This document shows, one piece after another, positions 1 to 12,600 of a stretch of 64,000 nucleotides of DNA (position 1 is its first letter; each line of letters opens with the position of its first letter). The notes beneath the pieces are model-generated. The model searched no databases. It was not told the DNA's origin and saw only the letters and a list, made by a program, of their open reading frames with translations. Both the position numbers and the translations under genes were made by a program. The DNA lies in contig CM022665.1 in assembly GCA_012295275.1 (NCBI GenBank), positions 18,290,001 to 18,354,000 on the forward strand. Reading direction: 5' to 3'. The DNA comes from Chrysomallon squamiferum. Its lineage: Eukaryota; Animalia; Mollusca.

Positions 1-109
1 GTTAATAAAGAAATAAAATGTTTTCACTGAATTAACAGAATTGTTAAAAAAATAAAAATAAAAAAAAATAAAAAAAACATTATTAGTTTCATAAAATATT
101 AAAACTTAC

Positions 110-2694
110 TAAACAAAATGGATGCATCATGTACAGTCCTTGCTATTATCCCTGGCACATCCATGGAGTTGACAAGTGGAATCAATCCATGTCTTGACAG
201 AGTACCATAAGTGGATTTCAGTCCGACAACTCCGCAGTAAGATGCTGGAAGTCTAGTAGAACCTCCTGTGTCTGAACCTAGAGATCTGAAATAAACAAAA
301 AGTTGCTGAGTGTGACACCTCCTTTATATTAATATTTTGAATGAAGTTGCTGTTTATTTTTGGTTGTTTGGGTAACTTTTAATTAACTGCCATAGTTAAA
401 ATGTTTGTGCGATTTTAGGAATTATGTCTTAGGTTTCTTTCTATTTCTTTTTTCTTGTTTTCTCTTGCTTCTATAATGGAATAAATAAAATTTCTAAATT
501 CTCCAAATATGTAAAAATTCACTCTCTACCTAGATGTGTATCAAAATATTTAAACCTAATTTCTAGCAAACTTTAAAATGCTATAACTTTATTTTGAAAT
601 TATATAAATGAAAGTTGTATCTATTTAAATATATTTTTGTTTACTTTAGTAATTTTAATTCAACATTTCTATAAAAAGTGGATGTGAAGATTATACACAC
701 ACACACACACACACATATACACACCTACAGACACAGTAAAAACACACATAATTATATATAAAATAAAACTCACACACAGGAAACCCCAGTGGCCACTGAA
801 ACAACACTTCCACCTGAACTACCTCCAGCAACAAACCAATCATTGTCTTCTTCACCTTCTAAAACTGATTCTGACTTGTCAAATGAGCTGCCTGGATTAC
901 CCAATGAGCTCATTCGGTTGACTGCTGTTTGTTTGTGTTTCTTAAATCTGTACCTCCATGGGTTTTTCACTGGACCATAAGTACTGTCAGTACTACCAGA
1001 ACTAAAAAATAAATAAAATAATAATAATAATAATTTAAATTTAAAAAGAGTAAAATTATTTTAAACTGAAATCAAAATTACTATTCTTATGCATAGGCAG
1101 TACACTCTCAATTTAACCCTTTCCTAGCATAAGTGGATATATCCACTCAAACTTTCATTAGTTAACTGTAGAAAGTGGATTTATCCCATGGCCTTAAAAT
1201 ACTCTTGTTATTTTGGATTTTTAAAAGATATCATTATAACCATTTGAAAGATTATGAAGTAAGCAGTAAATACATGAATGTACCAACCCCATAGCAAATT
1301 CATCCATGTTTGTCTTCCCCATTAACACTGCACCCTGCTGTAGTGCTCTCTCTACCATGGTGGCATTGTAGGGAGGAATATAGTTGTATAGCATTCTTGA
1401 TGCACATGATGTCCTGACACCAAAAGTACAGAAATTATCTTTGTAGGAAATTGGAATTCCCTCCAGGGATCGAAGAGGCTCCCCTAAAAACAATAAAAAA
1501 ATAATAATAATAATTTAAAAAAATAAATATTAATAATAAAAAATGAAAATACCAAATTTTAAAAGATGAAATATTGATGTCAAAAGTGGGTTCATTTCAA
1601 AATTATGTCCAAATAAAATATAGCTCTTTAAAATTGAACTTTGTTAACTTCATCTGGTGTTAATCTGACCAGATAATAATGGTTGAAAAACTCAGAAAAT
1701 TAGTTCCAATTTATATTATAAGTGATACACAATTATGTTTATGAATTATGTTGTTTTAAAACTGGTATCCATTTTTGGGTTTTATTGTAATTGTAATATA
1801 TCCACATTCAGTTATTTGAATTTACATATATATAGAGAGAGAGACATACAACACACACACACACAAACCAGATTGAAAAAACTGACAGAAAACTGGTTTT
1901 ATTTACCTCGTTGTAATCTCTGAGAAGAAAGATTTGCTGCTGAAACGACTTCTTCTGGTAATTCGCTGATAAATGCATTGAGTTCGCTCACTTTGCTCAG
2001 TCTTTTCAAGCATTTTGTACATAATTCTGTAGGTGAGATCTTGCCCTCTTTAAAATGGCTTAAAATCTATAATTATTATAGAAATTAATGAATATGTTTA
2101 ACACAAAATATTTAAAAATGAATTTGTCGATTTTTTATACAAGAACTAGCAGTAATAAATAAATAAATAAGTGTAAAAAAATTGTACGAAAATACTGAGT
2201 AAAACCTCTGCTTAGATGGGGTAGACCCAAACTGCAAGATTACTGGAAAAACTTATATAAGTTTTGAGAAGGTCCACAAAAAATTAAATCCAAGCCACAC
2301 ATATTACAAATTTACAGGAACCAGTTAGTAACTGGTCTTACAGTTTTTGGAATTGACCTAATCCAGTTGAAATATTAGCATTAATGTTTGGATGCCAATT
2401 TTGTAATTCTTCGTGCACTTTTTGACATCTTTTCTTGGGGCAGATCCCATCTTGATTTTGTAATACAATTCCTGTGAGTGTTAATATTAATATCATCATG
2501 ATCACGTCTTCTCCTTGAATAAAACTACAATTTTCAAGGTGATTTTCACGTACAGTTATAAATTATAGTGCGTGCACTAATACAGTATAATTGGTCCATA
2601 ACAATTTCGTCTATTGACATTATGTGAGCTCTAATGAAGAACATCTAATGGCAACAAAAAGAATACTTACTTCCCTCAGTGATAACGAAAGCAT
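110..2694 (-). CDS. QRSL1: Glutamyl-tRNA(Gln) amidotransferase subunit A, mitochondrial (amidase signature family); exons 1-5, gene continues beyond window start
   Basis: Exons on minus strand: 2694-2671, 2066-1907, 1483-1288, 1001-774, 285-110, all with GT-AG introns and consistent phase. Translation [24 protein letters not shown]...[10 protein letters not shown]...[16 protein letters not shown]...KNPW...AGGSSGGS...[20 protein letters not shown]...[16 protein letters not shown] carries the amidase Lys/cis-Ser/Ser triad motifs. Confidence 0.96.
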
Positions 2695-3083
2695 GCTTCT
2701 GACAAATAATATTATGCAATGTCGCTTCGCAATTTTCCGTTACTAGTTATTTTCGTTCGTCATTTTCCGGAATTCCATTAAGCAAATATGTTTATATGTC
2801 ACTCATTGAATAAAACATATTCACATCTGATGTAAATCCAGAATTAAAGATGTTTGCATTAGTACGTATTTTATACTAACATTGACCAACAGAATAATAT
2901 TATATCAAAATGTTAAAAGAGATTTGCGTTTCAGAATTCCGCATTTTATATTTACTGAACATTAACCAATTAAAAGTTTCGTTTCTGTGTGGTGATGGGG
3001 AAGGAAAATGTCTGGGACTTGAGTGGTATGAGAAGTTGCCTGCACATAAAGATTTATGACCATGTTCTTAGAGTTCCGAGATA
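2695..3083. promoter_or_regulatory. Bidirectional promoter region between QRSL1 and TIGAR-like gene
   Basis: Divergent ATGs only ~390 bp apart (2694 minus, 3084 plus). CpG locally more frequent than in flanks, ETS-like CCGGAA near 2767 and CCAAT at 2966-2970. Transcription starts are not known. Confidence 0.65.
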
Positions 3084-3747
3084 ATGGGAAAGTTGATCGC
3101 AGCTTCGCTAACTCTAGTTCGACAGTAGGTTTTAAACATTTTGGAGTTTTATACTTGAAATAATAAGTTGAAAGTTCTTTTGTGCAGGTTTATTGACACT
3201 CCAGACGGGTTATTCTGCTTCGCAAACCTGGATTGGTCAAATATGGGTTATTACAGTGCTTACTATATTTTACGAGTGACCTCGTCGGGTTATATCATTT
3301 TAAAAATGAAATTAAAAATAATTTCTTGTCATGTTCCTTATTAATCCATCTCCAACGCCTTATTTTTAAAGAAAATATCGTTCTATGTGTTACGGTGATA
3401 TTACTATATTACATTATTAGATTATTGTTACATTAGTGTTGAGCATGTAATGTTTATTATTAACTCGGTAACTGCCTCTGGATTTGTATGTACGTGATTG
3501 ATGATAATGAAAGACTAGTCACTGTTAATACTGTCACAAAGTGTCTGAATAATAGTCCTATCCAGAATTTACTGTCTGAAACTTACTTCTATATTTCTGG
3601 TTGTTGTCTGTTTTTTTCCCATGGACCCCAGTGTCACCCGGTTAACGTTTGGCTTGGTTAAGTTGGTGTCTGCTAACTTTATTCAGTCTAGTTCAGAACT
3701 TGATACTGTTTTTTCTTAATCTGAATTTTTTAATTTTTTTATTATTA

Positions 3748-3782
<35 letters not shown>

Positions 3783-6700
3783 TTTTTTTTAATAAACAAT
3801 GTCGGAATTAAACTGTGGTTCAGTCTTCTGTATGTGCAATACAGGCTTCATTGTTCATATGACAGTTTAAAAAAAATGAAAAACCCCATATATTTTAGCA
3901 TTATAATACTAGTACTACTGTACTAATAATACAACCTTAACAGAATGAAATGTTAAAAAACAAAAACAACACAAATACAATTAAAATTAAAACTAGATTT
4001 TAGAGAGGTAAAACTGTTTTGTGCATAGGATTTAATTTTAACAATTTTTATCATGGGTACATAAGTCATAGTTCTGCCATAGTCATAAGTAAAAAAAACA
4101 AAAAAAAACACCCATATCTTTCAGAGTTATTGAGTGTCAGGTAATAGCTTAGTTCTTGTTTTCTGTTTTTTTCATTTAAAAATAGTATGTGTTTGAAAAG
4201 ATTAATTATTTTGGAGTATTATAACCCTCTTAGTTTTATTTTCTTATTTTGCCTCCAACTTAATAAAATAATAATTATTATATCAAGGTTTATTTCTTCT
4301 TGGATATTCTTTTCTTTCTTTGTATATCTATATATATATAAATCTGAATTCGTTACATTTGAACTATACAGAGACTTATACAAATATTTTTAAAACTTTT
4401 TTTAAAGTTTTTAATACTTTGAAACTTGTTTATGTTAAATAACATTAAGCTTTAAATTAATTTTCAGTGGTGAAACTCTGGCAAATCGAGAAAACATCAT
4501 TCAAGGTAAATAGTAAACTTTTTAACACAAAAATTTGTAACTCTGAAATCAAATATATATTCATTTTATTAAATAATTTTTATTCTGTAAATATATCACA
4601 TTTGTTGAAATTTGTTGAAAATAATTTAACTTGACTGTTCACTTCTTAGTTAAGTTTTTGCTGTGATGGAAAATGTCAGAAAAATGTGAATTCTTGAAAC
4701 ATTTTGCATATATATAGATCTTTTTATACTTAATGATTATTATATATATATATATATATATAGACCTTTTTTTATTTTGTGATTATTCAGAGGTATAGTA
4801 ATTTCTGTCTAAAGTAAAACTGTGGATATTAAATATACAAAAAATAATGAAGTAAATTTTGTTTGGTGTTTTCCTGTTCAGTGTTGTGTCAAATAGGTTA
4901 AAGATTACTGCAGTGACATTAAACTTCATGATCACTCTGTCATATTAACAGATTAAAAAAAATAATAGTAATAATTTACACACATCAAATAACTGACTGT
5001 TTATTATTATTATTATTTATTTATTGTTGTTGTTATTGTTTATTTGTATTATTAGTTGTTTTACTGTTATTATTATTTATTATTCTTATTGTTACATTTA
5101 TGATTTAATGTTTTTTTTTTAAATCAGGTCAGATAGACACATGTCTGTCAGAAACTGGAAGACAGCAGGCATTGATGATTGGCAGCAGACTCCAAAATGA
5201 GCGATGGACTCACGTGTTTGCCAGTGACTTGAATCGTGCGAATCAGACAGCTCAAGTTATTGTAGAAGCTAACAAGTATTACCAGTGTGCCATCATCAGT
5301 GACAGGAGACTGAGAGAGAGGGTGAGTCCATGTTTATATTTAATACTAGTTATGAGTGATAGAGAACATTTTTTTTTTCATAAATGGTCAAGTTTCTTGA
5401 TATGGGATAGTGTGGAAGTAGTAAGAAGACTCAGTTCTGAACAGTGAAGTTACTAACATATGGATGTGTGTGTGTGTAATATCTAAACACACTGTAACAC
5501 AAGGCTTGTTACATCAGTGACTGTGCTAAGAGATGTGATATTTATATACCAAATGTTTTTTTTTATGTATTTGTAATCATATTTATATTTTTAATTATTT
5601 AACATTAATTACAAAAACGAAAGTAATTTATATTATTTGTTACAATACTTACATTAATGTTTATTTTTTTTAATCACTGTGAGTTTATTGTTAGGTTTCA
5701 GTCATATACTGTCAAAAGTATGACAGTTACATCCAAAATAAAAGTATTTTTATTATTTGTTACAGTGCTGATGTTGATTTTTTAATCACTATACTTTTCC
5801 TCTTTTTTTTTTTTGTCCAAAACAAAAGTATTTTTGTTATTTGTTACAATGCTTATGTTTATTTTTTAGTCACTATGAGTTAGGTTTCATGCTGTTAATT
5901 TTGAGAGTATTACCATTATATTTCAGTCTGTTGGCTGTCATTGTTTGATTTGTTTTTATTTGTCAGAGATATGGGGTCATGGAAGGAAAGACATTTCGAG
6001 AGCTGAGTGCTGCAGCTAAAAGTAAGGATGTCACTGTGACAAATTTCACTCCAGCTGGTGCAGAACACATAGAGGAGGTACTTTTTAAATTTTACAAGTT
6101 TTTTTATTACTTTTTAAAACCATATGGTAATGCATGCCTCTGCAAAGCTTTGAACGTTCACTTCTACTTGAAATTCAATTTGATTAATACATGTTTGAAT
6201 ATGTGACTTAAAATTCAATTCGATTGGGATACTGAGATATGCAGGGTATTTTATATATATATCTTGTAGAGATTATAATTAAAGGGCATATAATGCTTTA
6301 AAAATCATTTTTTTAATTTAACTCTCTACATACATGTATTTCTGTTAATGTGAATATTGGTGTATGTATGTAAATTTTTAAAATATTTTTTATTATTCAG
6401 GCTTTTGTTTTTTCTAATTTTCAAGTAATTTATAATAACTGAAGTTTTACTAAAATAAGAAAATATATTGATTTTTAGGTAAGGAAAAGGGCAAAATCTT
6501 TTTTCCAAGATCTTCTCAGTCTGTTGAAGAACAATGCAGTGGAAGATGTGACCTACACTCCGGCCTCTATTAAAAGTAGAGTGAACCAGGGTTTTGGGGA
6601 AAACCTTGTAACAGACACACCTGTCTTGTGTCACCATGACAACAAGAACAGCTCACAAGACAAAACGGAGAGAATCCCCAAGCGGCCGCGTCACGACAGC

Positions 6701-7429
6701 CAAGTGGATGAACAGACAGATCGTGTGAAGACAGTGTGTGCAGTAAATAACCAGCCTGCCACAAAATCTCAGAGAACCATTGACGCATGTCAAAATTCTC
6801 AGAAAGAAAGCAGTGTTCTTGCAAAAAACAATCACTTTGATTTTGAAAACGGCAGGAAGGTTATGGGGGAGGGTTTCTATAAGGAGGGGGAGTTCACTGG
6901 CTGTCCGAACATCTCTGTGTGCTGTGATAACGACACGTCGCAGATACACTTCTACACGGATAATGCCAACCCAAGAGAGATTTTTTCACAAAAACCAGGC
7001 TACAGCAAGTTCAACGACTCCGAGATCAAAACTGTTGTCAAGACAACAAAAACAGCGATGCCCAGCTGTCCCAACGTCTCACTGTCGCCATTGTTGGAAC
7101 ACAGACTACCCAGTGTGTCCAGCGTCAGCTCTGGAAGAAACAGCAGCTTTGACGACAGCGATGGTGCGCCATTGTTCATTGCTGAAGTCCTTGTGGTGAG
7201 TCACGGCGGCCTTCTCAAAGAACTCATTCGCCACATCATTGAGGACTTCAAATGCAGGTTGCCTGGCAGCAAAGGTCATGCCCTACGGGTTGGCCCCAAT
7301 GCAAGTTTGTCGAAGTTTACAATAACTGTTGATGATGTTTCTGACAAACCCATTATTACCTGTCTGAGACTTCATGATAAAGAACATTTACTCTCACTGG
7401 ATGAGGAAGATGCACCAGGAACATTATAG
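3084..7429 (+). CDS. TIGAR: TIGAR-like fructose-2,6-bisphosphatase (histidine phosphatase / phosphoglycerate mutase family), ~444 aa
   Basis: Exons 3084-3124, 4468-4505, 5128-5321, 5967-6077, 6479-7429, GT-AG, total 1335 nt. Motifs: LTLVRHGET (catalytic RHG), IIQGQIDTCLSETG, FASDLNRANQT, RLRERRYGVMEG, FTPAGAE, VLVVSHGG. The N-terminal layout matches TIGAR. Confidence 0.92.
5590..5880. repeat. Degenerate intronic tandem repeat (about 3 copies)
   Basis: Recurring unit aaaagtatttttattatttgttacaat...tttttaatcactatgagtt in TIGAR intron 3. Confidence 0.6.
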
Positions 7430-8570
7430 CAACAAAACAAAATAAAAAATTCTGTTTGTTTTATAAATATTTATTGTGAAAGGTAATGCAATCACTGATG
7501 AAAAAAAAAAATATAGATTAAATGTAAATTAGTTTTAGATGGATGCATTGGATAACAGTTTTCTTTTAGAATTATTTTAATCATGTTTCATTCTGTCAGC
7601 ATTTTGTTTGGAAATGTACTTGCATTTTATCAAAACTTTCTTTCTTTCTTTCTTTTTTTTTTATAAATGTATGAAATAAAACTGTCCATAGCCATCACAT
7701 AGTGTCTAATCATGTTTTGTCTTGTTTTGGAGGGGGGGTTGGATTTTTTTAATTTTATTTTTTAATTATTATTTTTTTAACACAGATTTCGTTGTTGAAA
7801 TGTTTTATTCCAATTCTTATCAGAAGATTGATTATTATTAAACTTAAATGAACGAAAATTAGTTCGAATGATAAAATTGGGGTCTTGAACTCAGTATGTG
7901 TGTGTATATATATATAATGCAATTCTTCATTCTTTCTTCTTTTTTTTAATTAAAAAAAACAAACAAAATGCTGTGGACTTTTTTTTAATTGTTAATGCAG
8001 CAAATAACTAATTCTGTTTAATTCATCATTGTATGCTGTCTGCCAAATAGCCTGGTGCAGTTGTTAATTAATATTTAATATTTTATTTAATTTAAAAGTT
8101 AACTTTTAGGTCAGAAACTTGGAATTAATGAATATTTTGTATCCAGCACCTTATACTGGAACCTTGTGTTCTGTTACTGTCCACGTGTCTTTGAGTAATT
8201 GTTTGACAGTCTTTAGCCAAAATTAAACAATGTATACTATTATTAGTTCTTATTATTTAATTAACAAATCAAAATTTCCACTTTAATTAAAAGAAAAGAC
8301 AGATATTTGAGCCATATTGAAAAAGTGATGAGTTTATATTAAACCCAGTAAACAATGATAAAAACTCAGTTTATTATTGTAAGAAAGGCGTCATTAAAAT
8401 AATAATTTAAAAAAAATGTTTATTTATAATTTTATTTCATACACTGGTCACCTGTCCAGTATGTGGTTTTTCATGATTTTTATTTCATAAATTGATCATC
8501 TGTCCAGTGTAATGTTTTCCATGTATCATTATTTTCATTAAATTACAGTGTTGTACTATTTTTATAAATA

Positions 8571-8864
8571 TAGGTTCAGAATCCTTTATCCTAAATGCTT
8601 GGGACTGGAAATGTTCCAGATTTTAGAATGCAAGCAGATGGCCTGAGAATAGGATCTAGATCTAAATACAAATTTGATTTATATTTCACATAAATCTTAA
8701 ATAAATAGCCTGCTGCATTTTTTATGTAATATTTTTTAAAATTTTGTGCTTAAAATAAAGTCTGTGTATGCAAAACAGTCTGAAAACTAAGATATCATCA
8801 CCATTTCTGCTGCTCGGGGAAAAGTTTTGGATTTGTGAAGTTCGGATAAAGTATCCTTAACCTA
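8571..8864. mobile_element. Tigger/pogo-type MITE (Tigger4b/Zombi-like), ~294 bp
   Basis: TA flanks at 8569-8570 and 8865-8866. Imperfect TIRs taggttcagaatcctttatcc and ggataaagtatccttaaccta. The 5' end (atcctaaatgcttgggac) and the interior resemble the Tigger4 consensus as I recall it; no search was run. Confidence 0.75.
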
Positions 8865-9339
8865 TACTGTAAACTGTTTTTAAGTCAAACTTTTTAGGCT
8901 AAATTACAGTATTCAAGTGCATCCATATTGGATTTTTGAAATGTGCAAGTGAAATAACATATATTTAATATTATTTAAAAAAAAAAAATTAGACAATGCA
9001 TCTACACTGAGATTATGCATGTCTACATGCAAGTTTTATGCCATGATTTAAATAAATATAAGACTACTAGATTGACTTAACTGCACTTTACAGCTGTGTC
9101 CTTTATCAAGTCATTAAATACATAACTACAAACTTTCAAGTCTTCCAAGTTTATTTTAACTTGCAATAATTAGCACAAAACACGCTTTCTTTTTCTTTTT
9201 TCTTTTTAAATTGCACGTATAAAAAAGTATTTTACTTTGATGTGTGTTTAAAATGGTATGCTGCATATTTTTCTTGCAGTGATTGTGATTCTGTTATGTA
9301 AAATAAGTTTCATGTAAGTATTCATTTACTGTTACATGA

Positions 9340-9610
9340 AAATTAATTGTCATTCAGCTCAGAGAAATGATCAAACAAGTATTTTGTTGCTAATTAATAA
9401 GAGTAAATTAATGAATTGTGATTCTGCTCTGAAATTTTTAATTATGTGTAATGTTACTAATTATTCAGAGTAATTTAATAAATTGTCATGATTCTGCCGT
9501 GAGAAACTTTCATACAAATATACTTTTACCGTTAGCAGTAAATTAATGAATTGTAATTCTACTCTGTGACATTTTCAAACATACTAATAAATCACAGTAA
9601 ATTAATGAAA
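9340..9610. repeat. Degenerate ~60-bp tandem repeat
   Basis: Repeated gtaaattaatgaattgt(g/a)attct(g/a)ctctg core, 4-5 copies. Confidence 0.55.
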
Positions 9611-12600
9611 TCTCGTTAAAATATATTGCAAGATTTTTTTTTAAAGAGTATTTGGTTGGGTCAGATGTTTAGAAAGTGTATAAAAGTATTGTAAAATAGA
9701 ACAAATTAAATGTGTATTTTATAAAGTCTGCATATGAGTCGGCCCTAATTTATGTTGATTTTTATTTATTTTGTATTTTTTGTATTTTTTTTTAAAATAT
9801 TTTTATTAATGTTTTTTTTTTTTTAACCGTAAAATAATTCCTGGGTTAAAACAATGATGTGAAATATTTTATAACAAATATTTACTTTATAAATGTTCAT
9901 TTAAATATCTAAAAATAGCTTAATAATTGTGTTAAGAATGTATTTTAGGTTAGTGTCTACAATTTATAGAAAATAAATATAAATAAATGATATATAATAT
10001 TATTTTTATTGATACAGTTAATAAAAGATAATTATGAATATTATGTAATTGTTGACATTTATAATGAAAATAGTTCAGCACAAATTTTAAATTAAATACT
10101 TTTAATGATATATCTACAATGATTATTATTATTCATTTTTATTTTTTACATTTTTTATACTCATTTGTAGTTAAACATGATTTATAAATTTTACATATTT
10201 TTTCAAGCTAGTTTTCATATCTGACCAACTTAAGTAATTATATTTAATGTACCTACTCTTGTATTTAATAGCTAAACTTACTGAGCTTTTTTTCATTTTA
10301 TTTTATTATCTTTTTACAGCATGCAGTAAATAAATTTATAAATTGTGCAGATTTTCAAAATGTTAGCTAAAAAAACCATAGAGAAAAAAATGAACTTAAA
10401 GATGTTTAAAAAAAAAAAAAATATATATATATATATATGTTATATGAAAAATGTAATTGTTACCTTTTTAACATTTTATGTACATTTCATTGTGTAGTAT
10501 GATATAATGTATTTAGTAATCTTTAATTTTTAAACATTTCTTACTGTATGAACTTAAAAAAGATTTTGTTTGTATTATTATTATTATTATTATTATGGCA
10601 TCTAGTATATAGTCTCAGCATAATTTCTTAAAGTTATTTTCATCTTCACTTTTTTTAATTTTAAAATTTATATATGTAATTTAGTGTTACCAGCTTATAA
10701 TTTAATGCAAAGGAAAATTAATTTTATAAATATGTAGTTTAATAGAATTTAAATGAGCTCATTTGAAGACACTGGAAAAAAATCATTAATAGGTTATTGA
10801 CATTCCATACTACAAAGAGATATTTCTCTATGAGAGATAAAATATAAGCCTTTTTAAAAAAAGAAATAAAGAATTATAATAAAATTGTAAATTATAAAAT
10901 TAAAGTTTATTTTCTATTTTATTATTATTATTATTATTACTACCACTTTTACTATTATTTATTATTATTATTTGTAATTGTGATGTTAAAATATTAAAAA
11001 TGACTGGATGAATGGCAGTTTTGACTTCAAAATGGAAGACATTATTTCAATATAAATAATTTTATTTTATAAACAGGTATTTAGCTGATGTATCAGATAT
11101 TCAATAAAAACCATTAAAAGTGTTTTGTTATGTTTTGTTTTGTAATTAAAGTTTCAATATATAGATGGCCACATTTTATGACAGTAAGTTTAAAGAGAGA
11201 AATATATAAGAACACAGAATCACCCACTCTTCTGGGGATGACTTACGGTATCAGAGCTTCAAGGAATTAAAATGAAGTACATTGTGAAAATTCTATTCAA
11301 TTATTTAAATTTTACAGTGAAAATTCTATTAATTATTCATAGTAATGTGAAATTACTTAACACTTTTCAAGATAAATCTTCATCAAAAATAATTTTATTC
11401 TTTATAATTTAACTTTGAGAAAAATTTAAAACAAAAGAACATTTTAGCATTATTTTATTTCTTCAACATTGCATAGATTTTTTCAGATTATGAATTTATA
11501 TATGAAAACAATAATTCAGGTTCATACAATAATGATATATATTTAAAATTGTCATACTAATTTACATAATGGAGTCATGTGCATATAAACTGGAATGGTT
11601 ATGAAATATTTTCTGTCTTATTAATGTTGTATTTAAAATTTTCTATAATTACATTTTGACATTTTTGCATGCAAAAACACTGGAAATACCTTTGAAGGAA
11701 TAATATCTGTTAGGTAATCCCTTTCTTTTTTCTTTTCTTTTTAAGTTATTATTATTATTATTATTAATTTTTTTTTTAAATGAATTAATACTTAACAAAC
11801 ATTTTAGGATTATTTGACAATCCCTTTGATATAATTTCCATTAAAACCTTATTTGGTAAGAAATGACTAGTTGTATTGATATTAAACAAACAGAAAAACA
11901 GTACTCATCAAATGACAGTAAAAAAAAGCTGATGTACAAATTTAGCAAATTGCGAAACCTAAGTTGCGAAACCTTAGTTAGATATACACTAGATGCCTGA
12001 ATAAATGGCACTGATGTACAATCTATATATGTGCAAATATCTTGAAAAGCCACTGTGATTTGCCTAACACAATACTCAAGCATGACTGGAAAATAGGATC
12101 TTGCAACTTAAAGTTAACTCTAAATAAAGCATCTCTTTACCAATATTGAAGCTTTAATGAACAATAAAATTTATCCTTTGTTAGATTTCAGAATTTTTTA
12201 CTTTTATTTCTTTTTGAAGATATTTTGTCTAGGAATATAGTCATAATTTACATACCTGTAAACATTATTTTTTAAGGTGATCGAGTTAGCATCTCATACT
12301 GACATTTACAGACAAAATTACATGTAGCTACTAATAATGTTTTCTACCTTTTCAATGCCTGATGTTTGTAAAAAGACCATGATTAAACACTAAGCATAAA
12401 GCTGTATAATTTTCCAATATAAATAAGAACATAAAAATTAAACAGAAAATAATAATAAAACAACTCAGCAACTAACTTCATGTATATTTAAATTTACTTC
12501 AGTATATTTAATATTAGTATCTTATTAAAAATATTAATATAAATAAAATTATTCCAAGAACATTAGTTGTCTTTTCTTGTATTCCCTCTGTTATAACAAC

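Noticed and set aside
1113-1195. TTAACCCTTT start with two aagtggat.tatcc motifs (similar TTAACCCTT at 29781 and 39490), like piggyBac-type MITE ends
   Set aside because: No matching opposite terminus or second TTAA could be identified.
6326-7199. Overlapping alternative-frame and antisense ORFs (103, 84, 98, 139 aa) over TIGAR exon 5
   Set aside because: Shadows of a relatively GC-rich coding exon; no recognisable motifs or splice context.
8851-8861. GTATCCTTAAC resembling U12 splice signals
   Set aside because: It is part of the Tigger-like TIR and has no adjacent exon.
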